DNA from: Octopus sinensis | Taxonomy: Eukaryota | Length of the DNA stretch: 64,000 nt | Reading direction: 5' to 3' | Assembly (NCBI RefSeq): GCF_006345805.1 | Contig: NC_042997.1 | Location: forward strand, 43,586,001-43,650,000 | Part shown: in pieces, positions 38,509 through 50,305 of the stretch | Position numbering within the stretch: the stretch's first letter is position 1 | Layout: every line of letters starts with the position of its first letter | The notes under the pieces: generated by a model | The model's database searches: none | What the model was told of the DNA's origin: nothing | The model's input: only the letters and a program-made list of their open reading frames with translations | Translations under genes and position numbers: made by a program

Positions 38509-39498
38509 AACAGAACTGAACAACTCTAAACACCTATAACATCGGAAGATGTCACCCAGGCACTGCAAAAAACAAAGTAATTGAAAAGTACCCGGATATG
38601 ACAAGATCTCCAATTTTTGGCCGAAATATTTAACCGGGATACATAAGATGCTGACCGAGAAATTCAATGAGATGCTAGAATAGCCAGAGGCAACATCTGA
38701 ATAACTCACAGAAAGGAAAACCATCCTAATTCCAAACTTCCCTGAAACGACAGACCCACAAAACTACAGACCCATAATATGTTATGGGTCTGTAGTTTTG
38801 TGGGTCTGTCCCTACAACTTACAAAGTCTTAACTGCAAAAATATTGTAGAGAATGGCGCAGGAGTGGCATAGGCGCAGGAGTGGCTGTGTGGTAAGTAGC
38901 TTGCTAACCAACCACATGGTTCCGGGTTCAGTCCCACTGCGTGGTATCTTGGGCAAGTGTCTTCTGCTACAGCCCCGGGCCGACCAATGCCTTGTGAGTG
39001 GATTTGGTAGACGGAAACTGAAAGAAGCCTGTCGTATATATGTATATATATATGTATGTGTGTGTGTGTGTGTTTGTGTATGTGTGTTTGTCCACCTAGC
39101 ATTGCTTGACAACCGATGCTGGTGTGTTTACGTCCCCGTCACTTAGCGGTTCGGCAAAAGAGACCGATAGAATAAGTACTGGGCTTACAAAAAATAAGTT
39201 CCGGGGTCGATTTGCTCGACTAAAGGCGGTGCTCCAGCATGGCCGCAGTCAAATGACTGAAACAAGTAAAAGAGTAAAAAGAGTAATGGGCAAACATATA
39301 GAAGAAAACAACTTGTTTCCAGAAGAGCAGAAGGGTTGCTGCAAAGGACCACATGGCTGTAAAGATCAGTTATTGATCAATAAGCCATAACTGAAGACAG
39401 CTGGAAGGAAAAGAAGGGTCTTGGATCGATTACCGACATTATTCCCCACACGTGGATCCTGGAAACACTAGCCATGAACAGGGTAGCACTAACTATAA
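38509..39498 (+). mobile_element. RLE LINE pre-RT/RT fragment interrupted by SINE B
   Basis: KVPGYDKISNFW, NYRPI, PEEQKGCCKGPHGCKDQLLINK. Confidence 0.85.
38872..39284 (+). mobile_element. SINE family B, full length, with duplicated 5' end
   Basis: Family B sequence preceded by an extra GGCGCAGGAGTGGC at 38855-38868. Confidence 0.93.
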
Positions 39499-39541
39499 TA
39501 AGGCTTTGGTCGGTCCGACGCTGTAATAGAAGACACTTGAA

Positions 39542-39586
39542 CATCCTTGCACAGGGGCCATGCTAATTTTCTCTGTATCGTTCCAA
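39542..39586 (-). pseudogene. U6: U6 snRNA fragment
   Basis: Minus strand TTGGAACGATACAGAGAAAATTAGCATGGCCCCTGTGCAAGGATG has 2 mismatches to the metazoan U6 ACAGAGA box/ISL region as I recall it. Confidence 0.9.
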
Positions 39587-39659
<73 letters not shown>

Positions 39660-39662
<3 letters not shown>

Positions 39663-40006
39663 TGGCATCTCAAGGCGGTTACAATACCAGTGATCGTAGG
39701 AGCACTAGGAATGATCAAGAAGGGAACCGAAAATTATATGAGAATGATCCCTGGCTTACTATCCCTGCAAGAAGTGCAAAAGATTGTCTTAACTGGTACA
39801 TCACACGTATTGAGAAGAGCATTGTCGATGTGAGAACTGTTGCTGCTCATGTATTTTAATTTAACTTTAAAAAAAAAAAAAAAAAATTAACGAACTACTG
39901 AGTTTGGTTTAATGGCCTACCAATATATACTATGAGTTTCTTTGCCCTAGGAGTCGGGAAGACACTCGGCAAGAAATGGAAGCAAATTTGAAAGAAGAAA
40001 AAAAAA

Positions 40007-40007
<1 letters not shown>
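39660..40007 (+). mobile_element. RLE LINE, short 5'-truncated copy in (TAA)n
   Basis: MWHLKAVTIPVIVGALGMIKKG...SHVLRRALSM*; (TAA)n on both sides. Confidence 0.9.
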
Positions 40008-40079
<72 letters not shown>

Positions 40080-40083
<4 letters not shown>

Positions 40084-40886
40084 TCGTAACACAGTGTAGG
40101 TAAAAATGCACTGGAGTCTTTGGTCATCTGTCAAGTCACAACAAGGACTTCAGGCAGATAATATTTTCCTTAAGATGTGTGCTGTGGCCAATAAGGCAGC
40201 TTTTTGCAAGGCATCAATCTTGCATAGGGTTTCCAGTTGCCTTAAGAAGTCTTGAAGTTTCAATGGGATTGAGCTCAACGCCCCGATCACCGCTGGTATC
40301 ACTTTTACCTTACCCTCTCGCATTCCATACAGTCTTGCCATTTCCACTTTCAATTTGGAGTACTTGATGATTTTTTCAACCTCTTTACTCACAACATTCT
40401 TGTCATTTGGTATGGCTACATCAATGATCTGACAGTATTTGTCTCCCTTATTCAATATGACAATATCCGGCCGACGGTGTTCGACTACACGATCCGTCTG
40501 AAAATCATAGTCCCAGAGTATCGTTACTTGTACATCTTCCTGCATACCTTTACTTGGTACATACTCATACCAGTTCTCTGTTACTTCATATTGGTATTTA
40601 TGGCATAAATGCCAATGAAGATACACACACACTTTATCGTGGCGGTGCTTGTATTCTTTTTGTGCAAAGCTCTCACATCCACTTACCAAGTGGATCGTAT
40701 TTTCCACACTCTTTCTACAGAGTCTGCATATCTGAGTGTCAGAAGTTTTATAGATGTTACACTTCACTGAATTTTTAGTGAGAGCCTGTTCTTGTGCAGT
40801 AATGATCAGGCTTTCGGTGGTACGCTTCAAATCACCTCGCTCAAGCCATGCCCATGATACTGTATTATCTTTAACGTCTTGTGTAC
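40080..40886 (-). mobile_element. RLE LINE 3' part with open CCHC + restriction-like endonuclease frame
   Basis: ORF 40150-40830: CRLCRKSVENTIHLVSGC, HRHDKV, RPDIV, IIDVAIP, EKIIKY, IGALS; (TAA)n on both sides on the minus strand. Confidence 0.93.
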
Positions 40887-40946
<60 letters not shown>

Positions 40947-42391
40947 CATCATTATTATTATTATCATCATCATCATCATCATCATTATTAATATTATTAA
41001 TATTATCATAAAAATTACAATAAGAAGAGTAACGATATTAAACACAACGGCAACATGACACGTGATAATAAGGATTGTAATTGTAGAAAACTCAATTATT
41101 GCCCTTTGTATGGTCATTGCTTGCGATATAATGTCATTTATAAGTGCATTGTTTTTATTAGATATCAAAATTCAACCAAAATATATATAGCATTTATTTA
41201 TTCTAAGAGACGCACATGTTAGTTCGTTCTCTAATATTAAGCGCAAATCTATTTCACCGGCAAATTATAGCCATCATCTCAAAGCTACTAATATTTCCTA
41301 TAACTTTTTCGGATCTGTCCTTAGGTCGGGGAGAACTCACCAAGCTGGTTGTACAGCATGCAATTTGTACAGCAGTGAATCTCTCGATATTACGTGAGAA
41401 TAAAGATTTTCTCCTCAACAGTGTCACATAATAACAATCTGCCAGCATAGATGTTTTAAAACATTTCCCTTTTACTATATAGATCAACACACTCGAATCG
41501 ACCAGTTAACTGTAAGCTTCTATTTTGATCTGACATTCTCGTCCTTGCTTTTATGTATTCCGCTTTTAATGTGTACATCTATTTACTAACCTTTTTAGAA
41601 TTACGACATACCTTAATTTTTTACGTATTTGATTTTTTTCCGTTTTTACTATCCATCATTATATATCTACATCTTTATCCGTTCCCCGACCTTTATTGTT
41701 TTGTAGTGGTGCCATCTTTAGCTACACATTTGGGCACCAATACTACATCTGGTTGCCAAAGTGTGCTTCTTCCACATAGCAGGGGACATTTTGCTTCTTT
41801 TTTTTTTCCATTTCCTTTTTCTTTTTAATTGATTCTCTTTGATCTCTTCTCTCAAGCCAATATTCTTCAAACATAATAACGAACTGTCTTTTGATAGACT
41901 AGCTTCTTAAATCAAAGGAATGGCCCTTTCATTTATTTTGCATTTTTTAATTTCCCTTTTCTTTTGTCTTTCTCTTCCTTTTTCTACCCCTTCTTCCTCT
42001 ACACTGCTTAATAACATTCTTTTTATCTTGACCTCACCTGCTTTCCTCTTTCCCTGTATTCGCCAATCTCTTAGTGATTATCCACCTTCTTTTCCTTCCT
42101 TTTATTGATACTAGTGCAATATCATAAATATCTGATCTGGTACTATAGCGTTTGCCTTCACCACTCTTCCTTCCAACGAAAATATTCGGTGCCTCCAGTC
42201 TGAAGATATTCGCGCATCGTGTTTCATGCGAGTTTATAATGTTTCAACTTATTTTGTTTGTTTGGTGTGCATAATTACTCTATTATTATATATGCCAATT
42301 TGCATAATGTGCATTATAGCACTAACGAATTCCCGAAGTTTTGAAACAATTCTAAAGGACAACCTTCATCTTGTAATTTGTATTTGTAACA

Positions 42392-42791
42392 TCTATATAT
42401 ATAAAAGTGAGGTTGTGTGCTGTCTGTCTCCTACGATTTAGACTCCTAACTACTCCCACATTTTGCGGTGCAGTTTAACCAAAAGCGGGTATCTTATAGT
42501 CGTGATTCATATCGAGCCCTTCTGGGTATTAGCGCGCGTCTACAATGAGTCTACGATTTGAAAAAAAATTTACCATCATTTTTTCCATTTTAATGCATTT
42601 TTTGGCTATTATATAAGGGAAGTAACTCTCTAAAAATGTCTACGATGAGTCAACGATTTGAAAAAAATTTACCATAATTTTTTTTTCCATTTTTGATGCA
42701 TTTTTTTGCTATTTTTTTGCTATAACTCTCTAAAAATGCTTATATGGTTATTTCCCTTACAGACCCGAGCAACGCCGGGCGATACTGCTAG
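42392..42791 (+). mobile_element. Non-autonomous Helitron
   Basis: A|TC 5' end, subterminal imperfect hairpin CCCGAGCAACGCCGGG, CTAG|T 3' end, no TSD, internal direct repeat. Confidence 0.88.
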
Positions 42792-43059
42792 TCTCATATA
42801 AATGAATAATTACCTTCCATAATTGTTCATTTTCGTCTATTTACTTCATGAAAGAACAACGAACAGGTGTATTAGTTTAACTCCTGGGAAGATTCGAGCC
42901 CAGACTTTTCGACAGAAAGAATTGAGAGGGAAAATAAAACAGAGAAAGAACGAAAAAAACAAAAAAATAAACGGAAAGAGAAAAAAGATGAGAATGGCTT
43001 AACGGTTCAACATGTTTACGCCGACCTGTAAACACGAGCACATATATATATATATATAA

Positions 43060-43098
<39 letters not shown>

Positions 43099-43159
43099 GT
43101 AATTATGTGCACTTGTTTGCACGTTGGTATCAACAAAATTATAACGATTAAATGAGAGG

Positions 43160-43540
43160 AAGCACTCCGTCGGTTACGACGACGAAGGTTCCGTTTGATC
43201 CGAATCAACGGAACAGCCTGCTCGTGAAATTAACGTGTAAGTGGCTGAGCACTCCACAGACACGTGTACCCTTAACGTAGTTCTCAGGGATATTCAGCGT
43301 GACACAGAGAGTGACAAGGCCGGCCCTTTGAAATACAGGTACAACAGAAACAGGAAGTAAGAGTGAGATAAAGTTGTGGTGAAAGAGTACAGCAGGGATC
43401 ACCACCATCCCCTGCCGGAGCCTCGTGGAGCTTTTAGGTGTTTTCGCTCAATAAACACTCACAACGCCCGGTCTGGGAATCGAAACCGCGAACCTACGAC
43501 CGCGAGTCCGCTGCCCTAACCACTGGGCCATTGCGCCTCC
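43160..43540 (-). mobile_element. SINE family A, full length
   Basis: Reverse complement of 885-1268. Confidence 0.93.
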
Positions 43541-44047
43541 ATTTTTCTATATTTCCCCATCATTTCCGCCTCCACTAACGATTACATGTAGCAAATAAAT
43601 GAGAGGAAGAAAAATAATAATGTTTGATATGACCTTTATTGTATCGGTACAAGGTAAGATACAACTTCTTCGAGTTGTTGTTGTGCACAGATTTTTTGGA
43701 GTTCTATTATCCATTCTGTAAAGAAGTCAAGTTCATTTGTGAGTAAGTGTTAGAAGACTGATGGAAGAACGAGAGAGAAAGAGTAAAAGAATTATATTCG
43801 CGAGTTGACAAGTAGAGGGGGTGACAGTTGTATAGTAAAGCCGTGACAAATCATACGCGAAGTGCTCTTTAGGGCGGCGGCGGCCAATGAAAGCGGTGAA
43901 AGAAGCAATGGAGGTTGAAGTGAGTTTAGGTACTGTATTTATACATGTTAGAAAGCTGGCTGTAGATCGGAAAAATGGGAAGTAATTGAGTTTATCTTTC
44001 TTGAACTGTATTTAATCCAAGAATGTTCATTTAATCAAAACACGTTA

Positions 44048-44436
44048 TTCTTTACTCTTTTACTCTTTTACTTGTTTCATCCATTTGACTGCGGCCATGC
44101 TGGAGCACCGCCTTTGGTCGAACAAATCGACCCCAGGACTTATTCTTTATAAGCTTAGTACTTATTCTATCGGTCTCTTTTGCCGAACCGCTAAGTTACG
44201 GAGACGTAAACGCACCAACATCAGTTGTCAAGCGAGGACAAAGACAGACACACAAATACATACATATACATACGACGGGCTTCTCTCAGTTTCCATCTTC
44301 TAAATCCACTCACAAGGCTTTGGTTGGCCCGAGGCTATAGTAGAAGACATTTGGCAAAGGTGCCATACAGATGGATTGAACCCGGAACCATGTAGCTCGA
44401 AAGCAAGCTTCTTACCACGTAACCACTCCTGCGCCT
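44048..44436 (-). mobile_element. SINE family B (diverged) whose 5' end runs into the satellite
   Basis: Tail TCTTTACTCTTTTAC, body and head homologous to 26177-26622. Confidence 0.88.
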
Positions 44437-47400
44437 ACGGCCACTCCTGCGCCTACTGCCACTCCTGCGCCTACAGCAACTCCTGCGCCTACAGCCACTC
44501 CTGCGCCTACGGCCACTCCTGCGCCTACGGCCACTCCTGCGCCTACTGCCACTCCTGTGCCTACTGCCACTCCTGCGCCTACGGCCACTCCTGCGCCTAC
44601 GGCCACTCCTGCGCCTACAGCCACTCCTGCGCCTACTGCCACTCCTGCGCCTACAGCCACTCCTGCGCCTACGGCCACTCCTGCGCCTACAGCCACTCCT
44701 GCGCCTACGGCCACTCCTGCGCCTACGGCCACTCCTGCGCCTACAGCCACTCCTGCGCCTACTGCCACTCCTGCGCCTACAGCCACTCCTGCGCCTACAG
44801 CCACTCCTGCGCCTACAGCCACTCTGCGCCTACGGCCACTCCTGCGCCTACAGCCACTCCTGCGCCTACGCCACTCCTGCGCCTACGGCCACTCCTGCGC
44901 CTACCAGCCACTCCTGCGCCTACGGCCACTCCTGCGCCTACGGCCACTCCTGCGCCTACAGCCACTCCTGCGCCTACTGCCACTCCTGCGCCTACGGCCA
45001 CTCCTGCGCCTACGGCCACTCCTGCGCCTACGGCCACTCCTGCGCCTACTGCCACTCCTGCGCCTACAGCCACTCCTGCGCCTACAGCCACTCCTGCGCC
45101 TACAGCCACTCCTGCGCCTACGGCCACTCCTGCGCCTACAGCCACTCCTGCGCCTACGGCCACTCCTGCGCCTACGGCCACTCCTGCGCCTACAGCCACT
45201 CCTGCGCCTACTGCCACTCCTGCGCCTACAGCCACTCCTGCGCCTACGGCCACTCCTGCGCCTACAGCCACTCCTGCGCCTACGGCCACTCCTGCGCCTA
45301 CGGCCACTCCTGCGCCTACAGCCACTCCTGCGCCTACTGCCACTCCTGCGCCTACAGCCACTCCTGCGCCTACAGCCACTCCTGCGCCTACAGCCACTCC
45401 TGCGCCTACGGCCACTCCTGCGCCTACAGCCACTCCTGCGCCTACAGCCACTCCTGCGCCTACGGCCACTCCTGCGCCTACAGCCACTCCTGCGCCTACG
45501 GCCACTCCTGCGCCTACGGCCACTCCTGCGCCTACAGCCACTCCTGCGCCTACTGCCACTCCTGCGCCTACGGCCACTCCTGCGCCTACGGCCACTCCTG
45601 CGCCTACGGCCACTCCTGCGCCTACTGCCACTCCTGCGCCTACAGCCACTCCTGCGCCTACAGCCACTCCTGCGCCTACAGCCACTCCTGCGCCTACGGC
45701 CACTCCTGCGCCTACAGCCACTCCTGCGCCTACAGCCACTCCTGCGCCTACGGCCACTCCTGCGCCTACAGCCACTCCTGCGCCTACGGCCACTCCTGCG
45801 CCTACTGCCACTCCTGCGCCTACAGCCACTCCTGCGCCTACAGCCACTCCTGCGCCTACGGCCACTCCTGCGCCTACTGCCACTCCTGCGCCTACAGCCA
45901 CTCCTGCGCCTACAGCCACTCCTGCGCCTACAGCCACTCTGCGCCTACAGCCACTCCTGCGCCTACAGCCACTCCTGCGCCTACAGCCACTCCTGCGCTA
46001 CAGCCACTCCTGCGCCTACGGCCACTCCTGCGCCTACGGCCACTCCTGCGCCTACGGCCACTCCTGCGCCTACAGCCACTCCTGCGCCTACGGCCACTCC
46101 TGCGCCTACGGCCACTCCTGCGCCTACAGCCACTCCTGCGCCTACAGCCACTCCTGCGCCTACAGCCACTCCTGCGCCTACAGCCACTCCTGCGCTACGG
46201 CCACTCCTGCGCCTACAGCCACTCCTGCGCCTACAGCCACTCCTGCGCCTACAGCCACTCCTGCGCCTACAGCCACTCCTGCGCTACGGCCACTCCTGCG
46301 CCTACAGCCACTCCTGCGCCTACAGCCACTCCTGCGCCTACAGCCACTCCTGCGCCTACAGCCACTCCTGCGCCTACTGCCACTCCTGCGCCTACAGCCA
46401 CTCTGCGCCTACGGCCACTCCTGCGCCTACTGCCACTCCTGCGCCTACAGCCACTCCTGCGCTACAGCCACTCCTGCGCCTACGGCACTCCTGCGCCTAC
46501 AGCCACTCCTGCGCCTACGGCCACTCCTGCGCCTACTGCCACTCCTGCGCCTACAGCCACTCCTGCGCCTACAGCCACTCCTGCGCCTACGGCCACTCCT
46601 GCGCCTACTGCCACTCCTGCGCCTACAGCCACTCCTGCGCCTACAGCCACTCCTGCGCCTACAGCCACTCCTGCGCCTACAGCCACTCCTGCGCCTACAG
46701 CCACTGCGCCTACTGCCACTCCTGCGCCTACGGCCACTCCTGCGCCTGCAGCCACTCCTGCGCCTACAGCCACTCCTGCGCCTACGGCCACTCCTGCGCC
46801 TACAGCCACTCCTGCGCCTACGGCCACTCCTGCGCCTACTGCCACTCCTGCGCCTACGGCCACTCCTGCGCCTACAGCCACTCCTGCGCCTACAGCCACT
46901 CCTGCGCCTACAGCCACTCCTGCGCCTACAGCCACTCCTGCGCCTACGGCCACTCCTGCGCCTACAGCCACTCCTGCGCCTACGGCCACTCCTGCGCCTA
47001 CAGCCACTCCTGCGCCTACAGCCACTCCTGCGCCTACAGCCACTCCTGCGCCTACAGCCACTCCTGCGCCTACGCCACTCCTGCGCCTACAGCACACTCC
47101 TGCGCCTACGGCCACTCCTGCGCCTACAGCCACTCCTGCGCCTACGGCCACTCCTGCGCCTACGGCCACTCCTGCGCCTACGGCCACTCCTGCGCCTACA
47201 GCCACTCCTGCGCCTACGGCCACTCCTGCGCCTACAGCCACTCCTGCGCCTACAGCCACTCCTGCGCCTACAGCCACTCCTGCGCCTACGGCCACTCCTG
47301 CGCCTACAGCCACTCCTGCGCCTACAGCCACTCCTGCGCCTACAGCCACTCCTGCGCCTACAGCCACTCCTGCGCCTACGGCCACTCCTGCGCCTACAGC

Positions 47401-49054
47401 CACTCCTGCGCCTACAGCCACTCCTGCGCCTACAGCCACTCCTGCGCCTACAGCCACTCCTGCGCCTACGGCCACTCCTGCGCCTACAGCCACTCCTGCG
47501 CCTACAGCCACTCCTGCGCCTACAGCCACTCCTGCGCCTACGGCCACTCCTGCGCCTACAGCCACTCCTGCGCCTACAGCCACTCCTGCGCCTACGGCCA
47601 CTCCTGCGCCTACAGCCACTCCTGCGCCTACAGCCACTCCTGCGCCTACGGCCACTCCTGCGCCTACAGCCACTCCTGCGCCTACAGCCACTCCTGCGCC
47701 TACGGCCACTCCTGCGCCTACGGCCACTCCTGCGCCTACAGCCACTCCTGCGCCTACGGCCACTCCTGCGCCTACAGCCACTCCTGCGCCTACAGCACCC
47801 TCCTGCGCCTACGGCCACTCCTGCGCCTACAGCCACTCCTGCGCCTACAGCCACTCCTGCGCCTACAGCCACTCCTGCGCCTACGCCACTCCTGCGCCTA
47901 CAGCCACTCCTGCGCCTACAGCCACTCTGCGCCTACGGCCACTCCTGCGCCTACGGCCACTCCTGCGCCTACAGCCACTCCTGCGCCTACAGCCACTCCT
48001 GCGCCTACGGCCACTCCTGCGCCTACTGCCACTCCTCCTGCGCCTACGGCCACTCCTGCGCCTACGGCCACTCCTGCGCTACAGCCACTCCTGCGCCTAC
48101 GGCCACTCTCCTGCGCCTACGGCCACTCCTGCGCCTACAGCCACTCCTGCGCCTACAGCCACTCCTGCGCCTACAGCCACTCCTGCGCCTACAGCCACTC
48201 CTGCGCCTACAGCCACTCCTGCGCCTACGGCCACTCCTGCGCCTACAGCCACTCCTGCGCCTACGGCCACTCCTGCGCCTACGGCCACTCCTGCGCCTAC
48301 AGCCACTCCTGCGCCTACAGCCACTCCTGCGCCTACAGCCACTCCTGCGCCTACGGCCACTCCTGCGCCTACAGTCACTCCTGCGCCTACAGCCACTCCT
48401 GCGCCTACGGCCACTCCTGCGCCTACGGCCACTCCTGCGCCTACAGCCACTCCTGCGCCTACTGCCACTCTGCGCCTACGGCCACTCCTGCGCCTACGGC
48501 CACTCCTGCGCCTACAGCCACTCCTGCGCCTACGGCCACTCCTGCGCCTACGGCCACTCCTGCGCCTACAGCCACTCCTGCGCCTACAGCCACTCCTGCG
48601 CCTACAGCCACTCCTGCGCCTACAGCCACTCCTGCGCCTACGGCCACTCCTGCGCCTACAGCACACTCCTGCGCCTACAGCCACTCCTGCGCCTACAGCC
48701 ACTCCTGCGCCTACGGCCACTCCTGCGCCTACGGCCACTCCTGCGCCTACAGCCACTCCTGCGCCTACAGCCACTCCTGCGCCTACAGCCACTCCTGCGC
48801 CTACAGCCACTCCTGCGCCTACAGCCACTCCTGCGCCTACGGCCACTCCTGCGCCTACGGCCACTCCTGCGCCTACAGCCACTCCTGCGCCTACTGCCAC
48901 TCCTGCGCCTACAGCCACTCCTGCGCCTACAGCCACTCCTGCGCCTACAGCCACTCCTGCGCCTACAGCCACTCCTGCGCCTACAGCCACTCCTGCGCCT
49001 ACAGCCACTCCTGCGCCTACAGCCACTCCTGCGCCTACTGCCACTCCTGCGCCT
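44423..49054. repeat. 18-bp satellite, about 257 units by length
   Basis: Unit GCCACTCCTGCGCCTAC[A/G/T]. Confidence 0.98.
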
Positions 49055-49174
49055 AGTTGATCCCCATAAATTTCTCTGTGTTAGTATTGAGAACAACTCG
49101 TCGAAAAATCTAGACTGCGTTTCAAACTTGGCTAAGAATCTAGAAAGCTGTGTGTGTGTGTGTGTGTGTGTGTG

Positions 49175-49400
49175 ATCATCACCGTCAAGAACTCTAAACT
49201 GATGCTGCTAGTCGTCGGAGTGCCACTCGAGATGCTTTCGTAGTCACCTGTCGCCACTGGTCTTTGTTCTTTCTCAAGTGCCTGCACTCTTCGCTCCATG
49301 TCAGCCGTGAGTGTCCAGCTCTCTCCCTCCCACGCTTATATGAGGATCGAACACACCGGGGGGGGGGTGCTTGGACACTCTGGGTCCTGTTGCAAAACTA
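49175..49400 (-). mobile_element. RTE LINE 3' remnant
   Basis: Minus translation GRERAGHSRLTW...KDQWRQ resembles the RTE GR...W...DR..WR terminus. Confidence 0.45.
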
Positions 49401-49632
49401 ACGGAGATGGTATAGTAAGGATTATACTAAAATTACAATAATCTAGGACAATTATGACTACTCATCCCCCCCACCAAAATTCTCAAAACTTCTGGAATGC
49501 ATGTCGTATGTATACATATTTATGTGCCAGCGCACGAGCGTGCATGTGTGTGTGTGTGTTCGCGCGCGTGTGTTTGTGTCTATCCAACACATACCGGCAT
49601 GGAACGCCGATGTTAAATGATTGTAACATGAG

Positions 49633-50058
49633 GATGATGATGATGATGATGGATGGTGGTGGTGGTGGTAGTGGTGGTGGTGGTGGTGGTGGTGGTGAAA
49701 GGTGGTGGTGGTGGCGGTGGTGGCGGTGGTGGTGGATGGCGGTGGTGGTGGTGGTGGATGGTGGATGGTGGTGGTGGTAGTGGTGGATGGTGGTGGTGGT
49801 GGTGGTTGTGGTTGTGGTGGTGGTGTGGTGGTGGTGGTGGTGGTGGTGGTGGTGGGTGGTGGTGGTGGTGGTGGTTGTGGTGGTGGTGGTTGTGGTGGTT
49901 GTGTGGTGGTGGTGGTGGTGGTGGTGTGGTTGTGGTGGTGGTGGTGGTGGTGGTTGGTGTGGTGGTGGTGGTGGTGGTTGTGGTGGTGGTGGTTGTGGTG
50001 GTTGTGGTGGTGGTGGTTGGTGGTGGTGGTTGTGGTGGTGGTGGTTGTGGTGGTGGTG
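49633..50058. repeat. (GAT)n to (GGT)n compound microsatellite
   Basis: Directly visible; preceded by an RTE-tail-like GGCATGGAACGCCGATGTTAAA. Confidence 0.95.
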
Positions 50059-50305
50059 ATATATGTACGTGTGTATGTATGTGTATGAATACAGATGTAG
50101 GTGAATGTGAGAGAGAGAGAGAGAGAGAGGGTTCTCATAGCTGACACCACGTCAACTTAGTGCAGCATCAAAGGGCTATTAACAAATTGCATTCTATTGG
50201 TGTTGTTTATTGAATTAAAGTCGGGTCCAGCGAATGCGTTCGGACTTCTTTTCGTCAGTTATTCTGATAGAACAGAGAAGACAACCCAAGTTATAAACAA
50301 TCTTC

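Noticed and set aside
39542-39586. Functional U6 snRNA gene
   Set aside because: Only about 45 of about 107 nt are present, with no 5' stem-loop, 3' end or upstream promoter.
40150-40830. Intact 226-aa nuclease ORF as a domesticated gene
   Set aside because: It is a 5'-truncated LINE end flanked by (TAA)n, with no promoter or splice evidence; youth explains the open frame.
44376-49175. 1599-aa and 1499-aa ORFs (PTATPA / LRLQPL / YSHSCA repeats) as mucin-like or antifreeze-like proteins
   Set aside because: The 18-bp unit has no stop in any plus frame, the ORFs drift between frames at indels, and the unit derives from a SINE end.
49454-50150. Poly-Gly/His/Pro/Thr ORFs
   Set aside because: These are translations of (GGT)n.
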